Shown here: piece after piece, positions 11,988-24,640 of the stretch
Position numbering within the stretch: the stretch's first letter is position 1
How the letters are laid out: the number at the start of each line of letters is the position of its first letter
NCBI GenBank assembly: GCA_028023455.1
Contig: JAQFVV010000006.1
Coordinates: forward strand, 9,486,001 to 9,550,000
DNA from: Epiperipatus broadwayi
Lineage: Eukaryota; Animalia; Onychophora
Length of the DNA stretch: 64,000 nt
Direction of reading: 5' to 3'
Position numbers and translations under genes: made by a program
Notes under the pieces: generated by a model
Databases searched by the model: none
The model's input: the letters and a program-made list of their open reading frames with translations, nothing else
What the model was told of the DNA's origin: nothing

Positions 11988-12485
11988 AACATCACATGAT
12001 CACTATTGTTTATGCTTACACAAGCTGTTTACACAGAGGTTAAGCATAAAGAACGATGACCATGTGATGTTTAGTGGCTTAATACAAATCCTGCCCAATA
12101 GGATTACGGTGACTGTAATTATTAAAGAACTAAAGACACCAAAAAGTATGGATGCCGAACTGAGTTCAAATCTATATGACTATACAAGCTATTGAGCTTG
12201 AATTGAAAACATTGTTGTGTTTTCATTTTGGACTCAAAGCTTTATAGTTAGCTAATAAGATAAAACATGGCTGCTGGACGGTTACATTAGATCCTAAGAT
12301 TTAGGAACAGTGCTCTTAGATCCAAGGCTCCTCACTGATAAAAGTCAAAATCTAGAAACTAGCCTGGGAATATTGGATGAATAGGCACGAGATAGGGATT
12401 TTATGCACAAACCTTCTTGCATCCATTGATTACTCTGGCTTGCACTGAGTGACGCTACTATATGGAGAGTTTAGCCTCTGTGTAA
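11988..12485. mobile_element. HH-C locus 2: short antisense arm plus an essentially complete sense monomer (about 445 nt)
   Basis: Sense run 12041-12485; decayed HHR core CTGATAA at 12335. Confidence 0.85.
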
Positions 12486-12832
12486 TAATAAATATATCAT
12501 GATTTTTTTTAAAGATATAAGTAACTGAAAGAGTCATTCTTCATCCTCTCAATATTGTTGATGATTTCAGAGCATTTAGTCTGTATGTAAATAAAAACAA
12601 TAGACAAAATTCATCCTATAGTTAAAAGCTAAGTCAAAAATTAAGCTTATATAATAACAAAGCTTAAGAATAGAATGGTAACATTCTATCTTTTCATAGT
12701 TTTTGATGTTACACAACTCCGTGGGAGGTAGTTACTTCCACTTTTCAATTACAGATAATTTGTGAATTAGTAATGGGAGCTTCAATGCTCTGATTAAAGC
12801 AGTTATCAATCTTTAATATGATAAATTATCCA

Positions 12833-13137
12833 GAGGCAAAACTGTCCATACAGTAGCACGATTCAGTGCAAACCAAAGTAATCAATGGATGCAGGAAGGC
12901 TTATGCATAAAATCCCTATCTAGTGCATACTCATACAATATCCCCAGACTAGTTTCTAGCTTGTGGCATTCATCAGTGAGGAGCCTTGGATCTTAGAGCA
13001 TTGCACCTAAATCATAGGATCATCTTTTGATTACTCTGGCTTGCACTGAGTGGTACTATTGTATAAAGAGTTTTGCCTGTGTAAATAGCTTGTGTAAGCA
13101 TAAAGAATGGTGATCATGTGATGTGTAGTGGTTTAAT
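12833..13137. mobile_element. HH-C locus 3, inverted pair; HHR 12941-12982 (-)
   Basis: Antisense 12833-13020, then sense to gtggtttaatg. Confidence 0.85.
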
Positions 13138-13488
13138 GATAAATTATACAAATGGCTATGTTTATTTCATTTATACCAAAAAATATTTGTTTGCTATAGC
13201 GGGATTATTTGTGATGGAATGTTGTCACTTATTATCACAACATTATTTTTAGGCAAGTCTAAGATTTATTCAGAAAATCAATTCATATCCAACCTAGTTA
13301 GGTATACTGAAGATTAAAGATCTTGGGTTAATCTACATTAAATAATATAAATATCAATTTATTGATAGTAAAAAAAAAATATGACTGCACAATAATGGCA
13401 TCTTGAACAATGTTTGGAAAAAAGAAAATAAATAAAATTTTATCTTTTTTCATTTATTTATTTATTATTTACTTATTTATTTTTTTAT

Positions 13489-13686
13489 TTAGTTGCCGAA
13501 AATGTTTCTAACACTGGCTAAGGAAAAGGTTTATTCTGTCTATTTATTTCCAATAATTGAGCATACTTTCAGCTAGAGAATGAATCTGGCTTCTCTAGCT
13601 GAAAGCGTGCTCAGCTATTATTAATAAATAAAGAAAGGAAATAAATCTTTTCCTTAACCAACATTAGAAACGTTTTCAGTAACTAA
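13489..13686. repeat. Foldback with arms of about 90 bp, folded at a stem-II-like loop of an HHR-like half motif
   Basis: ttctctagct GAAA GCGTGC TC AGCTATT on the right arm, mirrored on the left; 10-nt loop at 13581-13590. Confidence 0.6.
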
Positions 13687-15021
13687 TTACAAAAAGAAAT
13701 AACAATTTTGAATGTTTTTTTTAGTTTTCCTATTTAACAATAGAATAAATGAGAAAGTATTATGGAAAACAAAAGCAATAATTCAAAGTTTTAACATGGT
13801 GACAGCAAGTAACTTGGCTTGCGTATGAAGAATACTCAGGTTTTTTTTTTAAAAAAAACAAAATTTTACGATTTGGCATCCAGTTAGGTCACAGAGTTAA
13901 GATTTATTTTTAGGCCGTTAACCTAATAACCAATCAAGCTAGAATTCAAATAAGCAAAAGATTACAAAGAAGCAGACTTTTAATAAATAACCCATTACTG
14001 GGCAAAGGTCTCCACATACAAGACCAGTAAAGAAGAAGAAGACAATACCCGTGACGCATCGCAATTGTCAGGTTGTAAGGATACGAGTTTTAACATCCTT
14101 GTTTTATCCTTTAGATAAAAATAATTAAATACCCATTTGCCAATCAATAGTGACTGGTGATAGGCCAGTTAAGTCTTTCGGAAAAAGATTCATTTATTCA
14201 CTGATAAGTTGACAACTATTATTACCAACCAGAAAGTAAATGTACCAAATTAATCTGGATTGTCAAATACATGATGATATTTGTGATTATAAAAACAAGA
14301 ATGCTATTGTAATACAAAGTTGAGGCATAATCTATGTTTTATTTTTTTTCTTGTAATACGATAAGGTTTATGCAATAATGTTTGACTCATAGCGTGACAA
14401 CATAAGAAATCAAAGAAGGTTAAAAATACCCACATATTTATAATATGTTAGTGGTAAGAATTCCTGATAATATTGAGAGATGGTGGCCAATTCTTTCATC
14501 AAAAGGACTCACTTTATATGAATGACTTTCCTAACATTTAACATCTCTAATAATAATAATCCATGCATTTATCTAAGCATGAATAACTCTAACTGTAAAT
14601 AGTGCCAACCAGAACTTTAGTCTAGTTTTTGGTTATTAGCCTTCTTCAGTCAGGGTATTTAACTTGTTCACATCTATCCAGTAATCAATTTTGCTTCTGT
14701 TATACTATTTAAGGTAATATCTCAAAAGTTCCAGAACTCAAAGATTTTGAACCCAAGCTAACTTGTTTATATAGGTCTTACACCATGTCCGCAGCTATAT
14801 ATATTTTAGAGACCTCAATTATGAGCTAACTAGACACCCTTTGATTCTTTGGCACATACCTATCCAGAAGATGACCTCTTTTGTGATATGTAAAATTCAA
14901 TGTTCTATGAAAAAAACTAATAGCGACAAGATAATTGGGTTGGTATTACCATCTGGTGTCCATTAATTATTCATGATTATATTAATAACTGTAGAAGAAA
15001 CAGGACTGCTATTTCTAAGGC

Positions 15022-15484
15022 AAAAATAATATGATTATGTGTAAGAAAGAGGTTTTAAAGAAATGTTTTACTAGTTCTTATATAGGAATCTGAGACTTGG
15101 GCACTTAACAAACGAGCAGTGCAGAGACTTCAGACCACTCAACAAAATATGGAAAGACGTATGTTAAGAATAAGAAAGGTAGATTGAAAATGAAATATAT
15201 GGGTGAGCAAACAAAGAGGTATGAACTGAAAAAATTAGAGAGACTGAAACGGAATGGGGCTGGATTTATTGCTAGAAGAGATAATAATAGATGGAAGTTG
15301 AAGTCTTAAACTGGATCCCAAAAGAATGTAAAAGACCTAGAAAGAGACCATATGTGAGATGGATAGATAAAATTAGGACGTTTGCTAGGACATTGCAAGA
15401 AAAAAAGCTAGAGATTGGAGTGACTGGATTAGACTTGAGACAATCCTGTAGTGAATTGATATTGGTTGAAAATGGTGATGGTGA
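15022..15484 (+). mobile_element. 5'-truncated decayed RTE LINE
   Basis: WIPKECKRPRKRPYVRWIDKIR; homologous to the 3' end of the full-length RTE. Confidence 0.85.
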
Positions 15485-17119
15485 CAGTTTCTCACAGCAA
15501 ATGTTTTCATTCCCTCTATCTAGTATAAATGAATATTATATCCCAAATCTACTAAGAGAAACTGACGTAACAATCCAGCTTTCTAATTTATTAATATTAA
15601 ATGGGTTAGCCTAAGTGTGATATGGGCAAGCTGACTGGAAACAATCTCACGGCATGTCTAAATTTAAACCAAATAGTGGACATGGCAGGATAAAGTCCAA
15701 ATGGCAATTCATAAGTGATTTCTCTTACACTTTTTGTGGCATACTATGCCTACAACAACTTAATGTTTGAACTCAAGCCAGGGGTGAACCATAATTTTTT
15801 TCTTTTTTAGATTATAAAGTAAAAAAATTTTTTCAGATAGCTGCTCTATAACTAATCTAGCTGGCCATCCAGTATTGATCAGTAAATGGGTATCTAAATA
15901 TTATTAGCTAGCGAATTAAGATTCCAATTAATATGGATTGATCAGATGAATATTGAATCATTGATCATTTAAAATAAATACAGTTGCAATGCTTCATTCT
16001 ATCACTATAATATTTCTGTGCAGGAATATTATTTACGATGATTGTAATAATTAAATCATTAATGTTTTTTTTTTCTTTTTTTTTTTGCAAATTTATGTCA
16101 AAATTTGATATGAGATTTTATGTGAAATGAATAACAGTTAACTTTTTCAATCCAACCCAATCAGACTTAAGATTTTTTTATTTAAGTAGCCAGTTTACAG
16201 ACAAATCAACGAACAATCCATCATCAGTTGGCAAATGGGTATCTGATGCTTTTCTTGGTTATAAAAAAAACCAAGCTTGATAAACTATTCAAAATCACTA
16301 ATCAATCATTGTGAAGCATGGTGGGTAATGCCTTTTCCTTCACTGTTTTATAAGGAGAGGAATTATTAGAAAAGTCTTTGGCCTCCAGTGGGCTAATCAA
16401 AATTGTTTTAATGCCTAAAATTATTTCCCTTTACTCTAAGGACCGCCGCAACTGCAAAACTGTTATATAAAACACACTTGCACTTTTAAAAATGTCACAT
16501 AATTTCCACTCAAGATATTTTAATTAAAAAATAGTTTATTTCTTGTAAGATTAAATTGTAAAGGAGGAGTTGTTTCTATTGTTTTTCAACAATATGCTGA
16601 AGTATAAAGTGAAGTAAAAGAAAACTGAAAAAGTCACTTGATTCTTTTGTTTGATATATATAAACACTAATAAAACATTTTAAGTTTTAAGTTATATTAA
16701 TCCCAATAAAAGTTCCATAAGACTACAATGGAAAATGCTTAATTATGCTAGCCAGATTCAAATTTAGTATCCGACATTGAAATAAATAGCAGACCTCTTA
16801 ATAAAAATCCACTATGATTCTTCATATGATGGCCATGATATGCCAAAAAAAAAAAAAGCTCAAAAGAAAACTATTAGATATGAGAGTGATAGTTAAAAGT
16901 AAATCCCGGGGGGGTTCTACCATACGTAGCAATTTATTTATACATTCAGCTGAATGATTTAATAAGTGATGTAATGTTTTTTTTTTTATTAAAAAAAAGG
17001 AAGCCTTTAAAAGTAACATTAGAAAAAGGATATTAACAAATTAAAATTACAAAGTTAGTAATAAGCGAATATAGAGTTGTTAATATATATATATATAAAC
17101 AGGAATATTAACATAAACA

Positions 17120-17740
17120 TCATAACATCACATGATCACCATTTCCTATGCTTACACAAGCTGTTAATAACAGTAGCAAAAACTCTCCATAAAAGTAATT
17201 CCAACCAGTGCAAGCCATACTAAACAATGGATACAAGAACGTTTTGTGCATAAAATCCCCATCAAGTGCCTACTTGTCCAATATCCCCAGACTAGTTTCT
17301 AGCTTGTGGCTTTCATCAGTGAGGAATCATGGATCTGAGACATCAAAATGTATGGATTCTGAACTGGGTTCAGGTCTATATGAGTATGTATGAGCTTGGA
17401 TTGAAAACATTTTTGTGTTTTCATCTTGGGCTCCTAGCTTTATAGTTAACTAAGTAGGTAAAAGGTGGCTGCTGGAGGATAGCAATGGACCCTTTAGATT
17501 TACTTGCAGCACTCTAAGATCCAAGGCACTTCACTGATGAAAACCACAAGTTAGAAACTAGTCTGGGGATATTGGATTAGTAGGCACTAGATAGGAATTT
17601 TATGCACAAATCTTCTTGCATCCATTGTTTAATAAGGCTCGCACCAGGTGGCACTACTGTCTGGAGAAGCTATATCACATCACATCATTCCACCAGGTGG
17701 CACGACTTTATGGAGAAGCTATATCACATCACATCATACC
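17120..17740. mobile_element. HH-C locus 4, inverted pair; consensus HHR 17284-17325 (-) and variant HHR 17528-17570 (+)
   Basis: Antisense 17120-17340, sense 17340-17665; about 50-nt terminal duplication at 17640-17740. Confidence 0.85.
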
Positions 17741-18904
17741 ACATTACTGTTATAAATATCATACTATTATAAAAAAACATCATTAAAAAAATAACATTAT
17801 AAATTAGACGTATTTAAAATTTGATTCAAGGGATTCATTACCATAACTGTTATGTATTTGTCAAGTTGGGTTCAGGCATTTTTTCTGGTAATTAGAATTT
17901 TCTGATAAATTTAGAAATTTATTGATGCGCAATGCAATACAGTCGTCACTTCCTTGACTAGTAATAGATACCAGCCATTAAATTCTAAAATATAAATAAC
18001 GAAAAAACGACCAGTATTTGCATAATCTGATAAGTATTATCTAGCCCCTCATGATATAGTGCAGCGGCAAACCAATGGACCATTGCGATTCCAGTTGTCA
18101 CTGTTGGGGCTTGAATTTCTTATGAAACTCCAAGCAATAAATCATTTCTTTGTTATTACTAATAATGACTGTAAATCTATTATTGTTAAGTGCTGAAATA
18201 ATTGTAATCGTAGAGAAGGAAATCAACTTCCGGTCATATAAACAGAACATGAATGGAGCTTGATTTCCTTCTTTTCGATTCCAATTCGTAACTGTGTACT
18301 TGGCCATGTGATTAATGCGTTAAACACAAAAGAGAGTTCAACTTAAGATGTCAGTTGGTCGAAATAATTTAATGGAGCTATAAATGTCTGATTAATTTTA
18401 GATTTTCTATGAATATTAATTTTTATTCATGTTAAACCCTTGCTCTCTAAATAATGTTGTTGTTTTTTAATGAATAATATTTATATCAATTCATGTTTTG
18501 TCGTGAGATTAATTTCTTTTGTGAAAATTGTAAGAGCAAAATAAAAGTGAAAATTTAATTCAAGTGCTGATTATGCTGTTGAAAATATGTAAAGTACAAC
18601 CCAATTGCTTCCAATAGAGCACTGTGGGAGGAAGGCCTTCCCTGGTCCAAGTTAATCAACAGCTGGGCCATGGGCATATTATAATTTTACTTTCCATTTG
18701 CTGATTAATAATTGGGTGAAAGCTGAATTGGCTGAAAAAAGCGTGTCTGGAAATCTTAAATCTAAAATGGTAATTGTGCTATGGCCTAGGGTTCAAATGC
18801 AGATGAAACATGGAAATTTCCCTATATAATTATTTCTAAACAAGCTTAGGTTTTGTTTCAGAAAACCAACCCATAGTCAGTCTAATTAGTCATCTCACTA
18901 CTGA

Positions 18905-19036
18905 TTAGAAAATAGATATGTAGTTATTAAATAGATGTAAATAGGATAAAAAAGTAAATAAATCCTCACTACATAGAAGTTATTAAATAGATGTAAATAG
19001 GATAAAAAAGTAAATAAATCCTCACTACATAGAAGT
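18905..19036. repeat. Tandem duplication of about 63 bp
   Basis: agttattaaatagatgtaaataggataaaaaagtaaataaatcctcactacatagaagtt repeated. Confidence 0.85.
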
Positions 19037-19327
19037 TGAACAGCTGGTGAATATCTGGCGATGTTTTTGCTATGTAGCATTAAACAATAGTTTTACTTTA
19101 CCCTTTCCGTTTTTAACAGCATGATCTAAGTATAAAATTATTTGGCATTTATTTCTTATCTACTGTTTACTGTAATAATTTTACTTCCTCATTTTAATTT
19201 TCTAAATTTATGATTGGCATTTTAAAACTTCAACTTACATTTTAAAAACTTTTTTTTTCTTCTTTTATTTATACTTCATTTAATACTGCTAACAAATTTA
19301 TTTTAAAAATTAAAAATTCAATTAGTA

Positions 19328-19548
19328 TACACAGAGGCTAAAGTCTCCATACAGTAGCGCCACTCAGTGCAAGCCAGAATAATCAATCAATGGATGCAAG
19401 AAAGTTTGTGTATAAAATCCCTATCTAGTGCCTACTCATCAATATCCCCAGACTAGTTTCTAGCTTGTGGCTTTCATCAGTGAGGAGCCTTGGATCTGAA
19501 AGCAGCAAGCATAAGAAATGGTGATCATGTGATGTTTGGTGGTTTAAC
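19328..19548. mobile_element. HH-C locus 5; consensus HHR 19445-19486 (-)
   Basis: Antisense 19328-19505, short sense arm ending in ggtggtttaa. Confidence 0.85.
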
Positions 19549-20252
19549 ATCTAATATCCTTTTTCTAAAAATCGTTGCAACTAAGGTAGTTTGGTACAAT
19601 CTTCTTACAATTAAGGTACAAATCTAGCAAATTCATTATTGATATGCTTCAAATAATATATTCTTTATAAAAACAATTTTAACAAATATTTTTAAAAAAT
19701 ACTCTCATTTCCTGACACAATATAGTCTTTTGAAAAGATAGAATGAATCCACTCTACCTTTTTAACCTAAACGTACATCTTGTGTTTAAAAAAAAGAGTA
19801 TTTCTTAAAAAGTATTGCTTACAGCACATGAGTAGTGGGTGATCCCTACTGATTGTTATAGATTAAAACGTAGCGTTATATAAATAAATTGCTTATAAAT
19901 ACAATTTTAATATAGTAATGCGCTGTGAATATAATTATTCATGCAAAATATTCACTAATACAACACAACAATAAAGGCTCATAATTTTTTGATATACGTG
20001 TAGAGTTAAGCAGAACTTCACAATATGCATTAACATATAAACCTGGAACTGTCTGCACAATAATATGTTTTCACTAAAAACTATTTTAATAGTAACTACT
20101 TTTCAAAAAGTTGAGTGCAAATATAATGTCTAAAATGATGAACAAATTCGATTACATAAAAAAAAAACCTATTATCTATTAAATTTCTGTTTCATAAAAA
20201 TCTATCTGTCTTTTCCCACCAACTTGCTGTTATTAATTATAATTCTATTAAC

Positions 20253-20995
20253 TCACAGAAACAAAACTCTCCATACAACAGCACAACTCAGTGCAAGCCA
20301 GAGTAATCAATGGATGCAGGAATTTGTGTATAAAATCCCTATCTAGTGCCTACTCATCCAATATCCCCAGACTGGTTTATAGCTTGTGGCTTTCATCAGT
20401 GAGGAACCTTGGATCTGAGAGCACTGCACCTAGATCTTACGATCTAATGCAACCATCCAGAATCCATTGATTTATTCTGGTTTGCAGTGAGTGGTGCTAT
20501 TGTATAGCGAGTTTTGCTTCTGTGTAAACAGTTTGTGTAAGCATAAGGAATTGTGACCATGTGATGTTTAGTGGTTTAATACTAATTCTGACCAAAAGGA
20601 TTATGGTGACTGCGGTTATTAAAGAACCAAAGACACCAAAAAGTTTGAATGCTGAACTGAGTTCAGATCTATATGACTATACAAGCTAATGAGCTTTTAA
20701 TTGAAAACATTATTGTGTTTTCATTTTGGACTCAAAAACTTTAGTTAGTTAATAAGGTAAAAGTAGTCCCTGGAGGGTTGCATTGGTGCAGTGCTCTGAG
20801 ATCCAAGACTCCTCACTGATGAAAGCCACAAGCTAGAAACTAGTCTGGGATATTGGATGAGTATGTACTAGATAGGGATTTTATGCATAAACCTTCCTGC
20901 AACCATTGATTACTCTGGTTTGCACTGAGCGGCGCTATTACATGGAGTTTGCCTCTATGTAAACAGCTTATGTAATCATAAAGAATGGTGATTGT
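20253..20995. mobile_element. HH-C locus 6: antisense arm plus sense run longer than one monomer; consensus HHR 20810-20850 (+)
   Basis: ccattgat recurs at 20464 and 20903 (period 439 with a deletion of about 18 nt). Confidence 0.9.
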
Positions 20996-22861
20996 GGTGA
21001 AATTCTTTTAACTTTTGTTTTCCTTGATTAAGCTCAAAATTAATCTAATTATGTAAATTGTAATTTTGAATATTAATTCTTTTTTTTTTTAAAAAAAAAA
21101 AAAGCACAATTTATAGAAGATGGTGATTCTTAGATAATTCAACTCCTTTAAATTAATGTCTGAAGTATTTAGAAATACTCTAAATAATTATACTCTATTA
21201 ATTGAGCAGACCTTGTCCGAAATGAGTTGGATGTCCACCAAAACTTATTCATGCTCTACATGATAGAATGAGACAAATGTCATTACAGTCCTACAAGTAA
21301 AAAATTTTAAAGCATTTGACATCAAAACTGGTCAGTGTTTACAGGCTCCGACTTTTAAAACAAAGGTCTTTGCAGCAGGAAAATTCACGAAACAGACACC
21401 TAGATATGGTACAGATTTGGTGATGGAATTTTTTAATTTGAATAAATTAAAAGCAAAAGCAAGAAACTTTGTCATTTTGGTTTCTGGATTTATAGTATGC
21501 TGATGACTGGCTATTCTAAATTCAAAAGATGGTTTATAGAATATATTAATGTTTTGAGTGCAACATATAAAGATTTTGCTCCGGTAATTAATGTTCAAAA
21601 ATTCAAAGTCTTCATCAGTCAGTAATAGAAGAAAAATATTCATAATATTGAAAATGTGAGTTTTTTAAATAGACATTGCTATACAAGTTTAACAGTAGAA
21701 AATTTCATCACCATGACATAACTATCACAGTTAAATTAGTTGTATATAAAGCTGTTTCTTTACCCAAAATATTCCACGGAAGCTTGAGATTTGGATCTTC
21801 TTTCAAAATAACATAAAGAAATTTAAAAAAATTTATTCAAAGATGCTCAGTGAAAAATTCTAAGAATAGTAGCAAAATTATGAAACTTATCATCAACATA
21901 TTTTTCATATTTGCTGGAACTGATATTTGAAGTCATATCTGCATTGCAACGGACATGTGAAATAAATAGTTGATAACAAATTTCCTAATATGTTATTTTA
22001 TGCTTAGCATAATTTTCATGTGGAAAGACAGAACCTGGCCCCGGGTGACACAGTTAGCAGAACATTTGAATTGGGTCCAGGAAGTCTCAGAATCAATTTT
22101 GGCACTCTAACTTCTCATGAACTTTCGAGAAATAAAAGCACAAGCCTTTCTTATCTCAAAGACACTCTAAAGAAATGAAATATGGATCGCTTTCATTAGG
22201 AAAATATGGCTGAGGATACAAAACAATGAAGAATTAGTAGACCAAGGTATTGATATCTTACAGGAAATAAAAGCCTACTGCAGAAGAGATTAAAATCCAG
22301 TATATTTCACAATATCAAATACACATACTAATGGGCCAGCGTGTTCTGCATATCAATATATTTGCAGATCACAGTTTGATTTGTATAGTTATTGCAAAAC
22401 GCATCTCTAGTGTATTATTATTGGCATTGTTTTACTCTTCCTTTTTCAGTTTGGAGTTGGAATACTCGTTAACACGTGACCGTTGCAGCAGCCTGAAATG
22501 TTTATGGTGGAAATTTAACAATGACAGTATTATTTTTTAACACTTAAATACTTGTGTTTAAATCATGCTTCTTAGTTTTGTGCTGACAGTTTTAGAAAAT
22601 AAAACAAATGATTATCCAAGTTTTAAAAAAACTACAACTTTTTTTTTTTTTATTTAACCAAATTTTTTCTTTCGTTTTAAAATCCAATTGTAAATTAATT
22701 ACGTATATATAAAAAAAAAAAAAACATTCTTGTTAAATTCTTTTAATTAATTAATTTGCTTTTATAAATGTAGTTTGACTGTAAAGTAATTAATTAAGCA
22801 GAAATATGTAATTATATTATGAATTAAACTAAATCTTAAATGTTATCTTTTAAATATATAT

Positions 22862-23145
22862 ATAACAAGAAGAGATCGAAAACGCCATATATGGATAAGA
22901 GAACAAACAGTGGAGTTGGGCTGGACATATTGCTAGAAGAGATGATAATAGATGGACAATTGAAATCTTAAACTGGATTTCCAGTGTAAAAGACCCAGAA
23001 AAAGATCACATGTGAGATGGATGGATGAAATAAGAAAGTGAGCAGGGGTGATGTGGAGAAGAGAAGCTAAAGATTGGAGAAGATTGGATTGAATTTGGAG
23101 AGACCATCCTGCAGTGGACTGATAATGTTTGATGATGATGATGAT
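22862..23145 (+). mobile_element. 5'-truncated RTE LINE 3' end
   Basis: Same 3' sequence and (GAT)n tail as the full-length RTE. Confidence 0.9.
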
Positions 23146-23459
23146 ATCCAATTACTTAAAAAAGAATTACTTATCACCAACACTTCATAAACATGCTGAA
23201 GTTCAATATTAAGATAGACTACATCTTGTTTACAGATGAGAATAACTTTTAAAATGAGGGTAAATTATTTTTCCTTATATTATTTTTTAACAGGTTTTTC
23301 ATCCATACAATAAGTATATCTGAATACAACTAATTTCCAAATGATCTTTATAAACAGGTTCAAAAGAAATAAACTAAATTAGCAATAATGGCTGCAAAAT
23401 TCACTTATAAAGAATATTAATGTCTAATTAGAACGGTAGTGCAACAAAACTATCTATCT

Positions 23460-23854
23460 CAGGGGTCCCCAACCTTTATGCACTTTAAGAGCACATTTTA
23501 TAATACCGGTCAGGTGGCGGGCACCATTTATTTTTTTCAACCAGATGGCAGGCACCATTTTTTCAATGTAAATTTATAGTTGGATATTGTTAATAACACA
23601 CATAATGTACAAAAAATATTTATTTCAAAAATAAAATTTTAACATATAATTAACATTTATATTTTTACGCTGTAAAAGTATAATATGCCCTACAATTTGA
23701 TTACAATATAATACAATAATTTGTACGAAATTTTAAAAATTAAATTTATTCGTATCAGATAAATAATTTTTTATCGTGTTTGGATAGCGGCGGGCACATG
23801 TAAAATGATCTGCGGGCGCCATGGCACCTGCAGGCATAGGGTTGGGGACCCCTG
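23460..23854. mobile_element. hAT (Charlie-like) MITE, 395 bp
   Basis: 15-bp TIRs CAGGGGTCCCCAACC / GGTTGGGGACCCCTG; degenerate 8-bp TSD atctatct / atctaatt. Confidence 0.8.
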
Positions 23855-24079
23855 ATCTAATTTTATATTGCCATATGCGTGGTATATATATCTACATTTA
23901 CTTCTCAACTTCAAGAATCTACTGCAAGCCTGAGCCTTTGTGAGTAGGATCTGAGAATGTAAATATAATAATATTTCCATACCATTAAGTATTCAGGCTT
24001 CCAATAAGTAGTTCTGAGACAGGGCAAAAAAAAATGGACCGTACAAGCATAAATTAGAAATAAAATTGAGAATATATGT

Positions 24080-24640
24080 TTTTCTCAAATTCATTGAAAG
24101 CAATCAAAACATATAGCAATAACAATTAGCAATCTCAATCTGTTGTCAAGGCAACCTTCTTTCAATGGTAAAGGTGGACCACCTTTATTTATGGTCTAAC
24201 GTTTATATACACAGTAAAAATTGCAACTTGACCACAGAAAATGAAATTATTGATACAAAGTAAGTTTTTAGAAAACCTCATTAAACAGGCAAATATAACC
24301 TGTTCTGAAAGCAGAATAACAAATAGTCGATTATAACTTTCAAACTGCACTCCAACATTATAGTACTTAAATAATAAAGCTACTAATGCTGAAGACTAGA
24401 TAGGTTTATACATGCAAATTCTTTGGAAGCAGTCAAACCTTCAATAATACCAATAAAATTCAACAACTTCAATCTATTGTCAAGGCAACTTCCTTTTAAC
24501 AGTAAAGATGGAAATCCACCTTTATTTAGGGTCTAATATGTTTATATAGACACTAAAGACTGTAACTTACCCACTGGAGGATGAAATTATTGACACAAAG
24601 AAGTGTGAATAAACCTCATTAAACAGATAAATACTTTATA
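24080..24640. repeat. Two direct copies of an unclassified dispersed repeat of about 230 bp; third, inverted copy at about 58580-58830
   Basis: Shared ttgtcaaggcaac...cacctttattta.ggtctaa...atgaaattattga.acaaag...aaacctcattaaacag. Confidence 0.65.
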
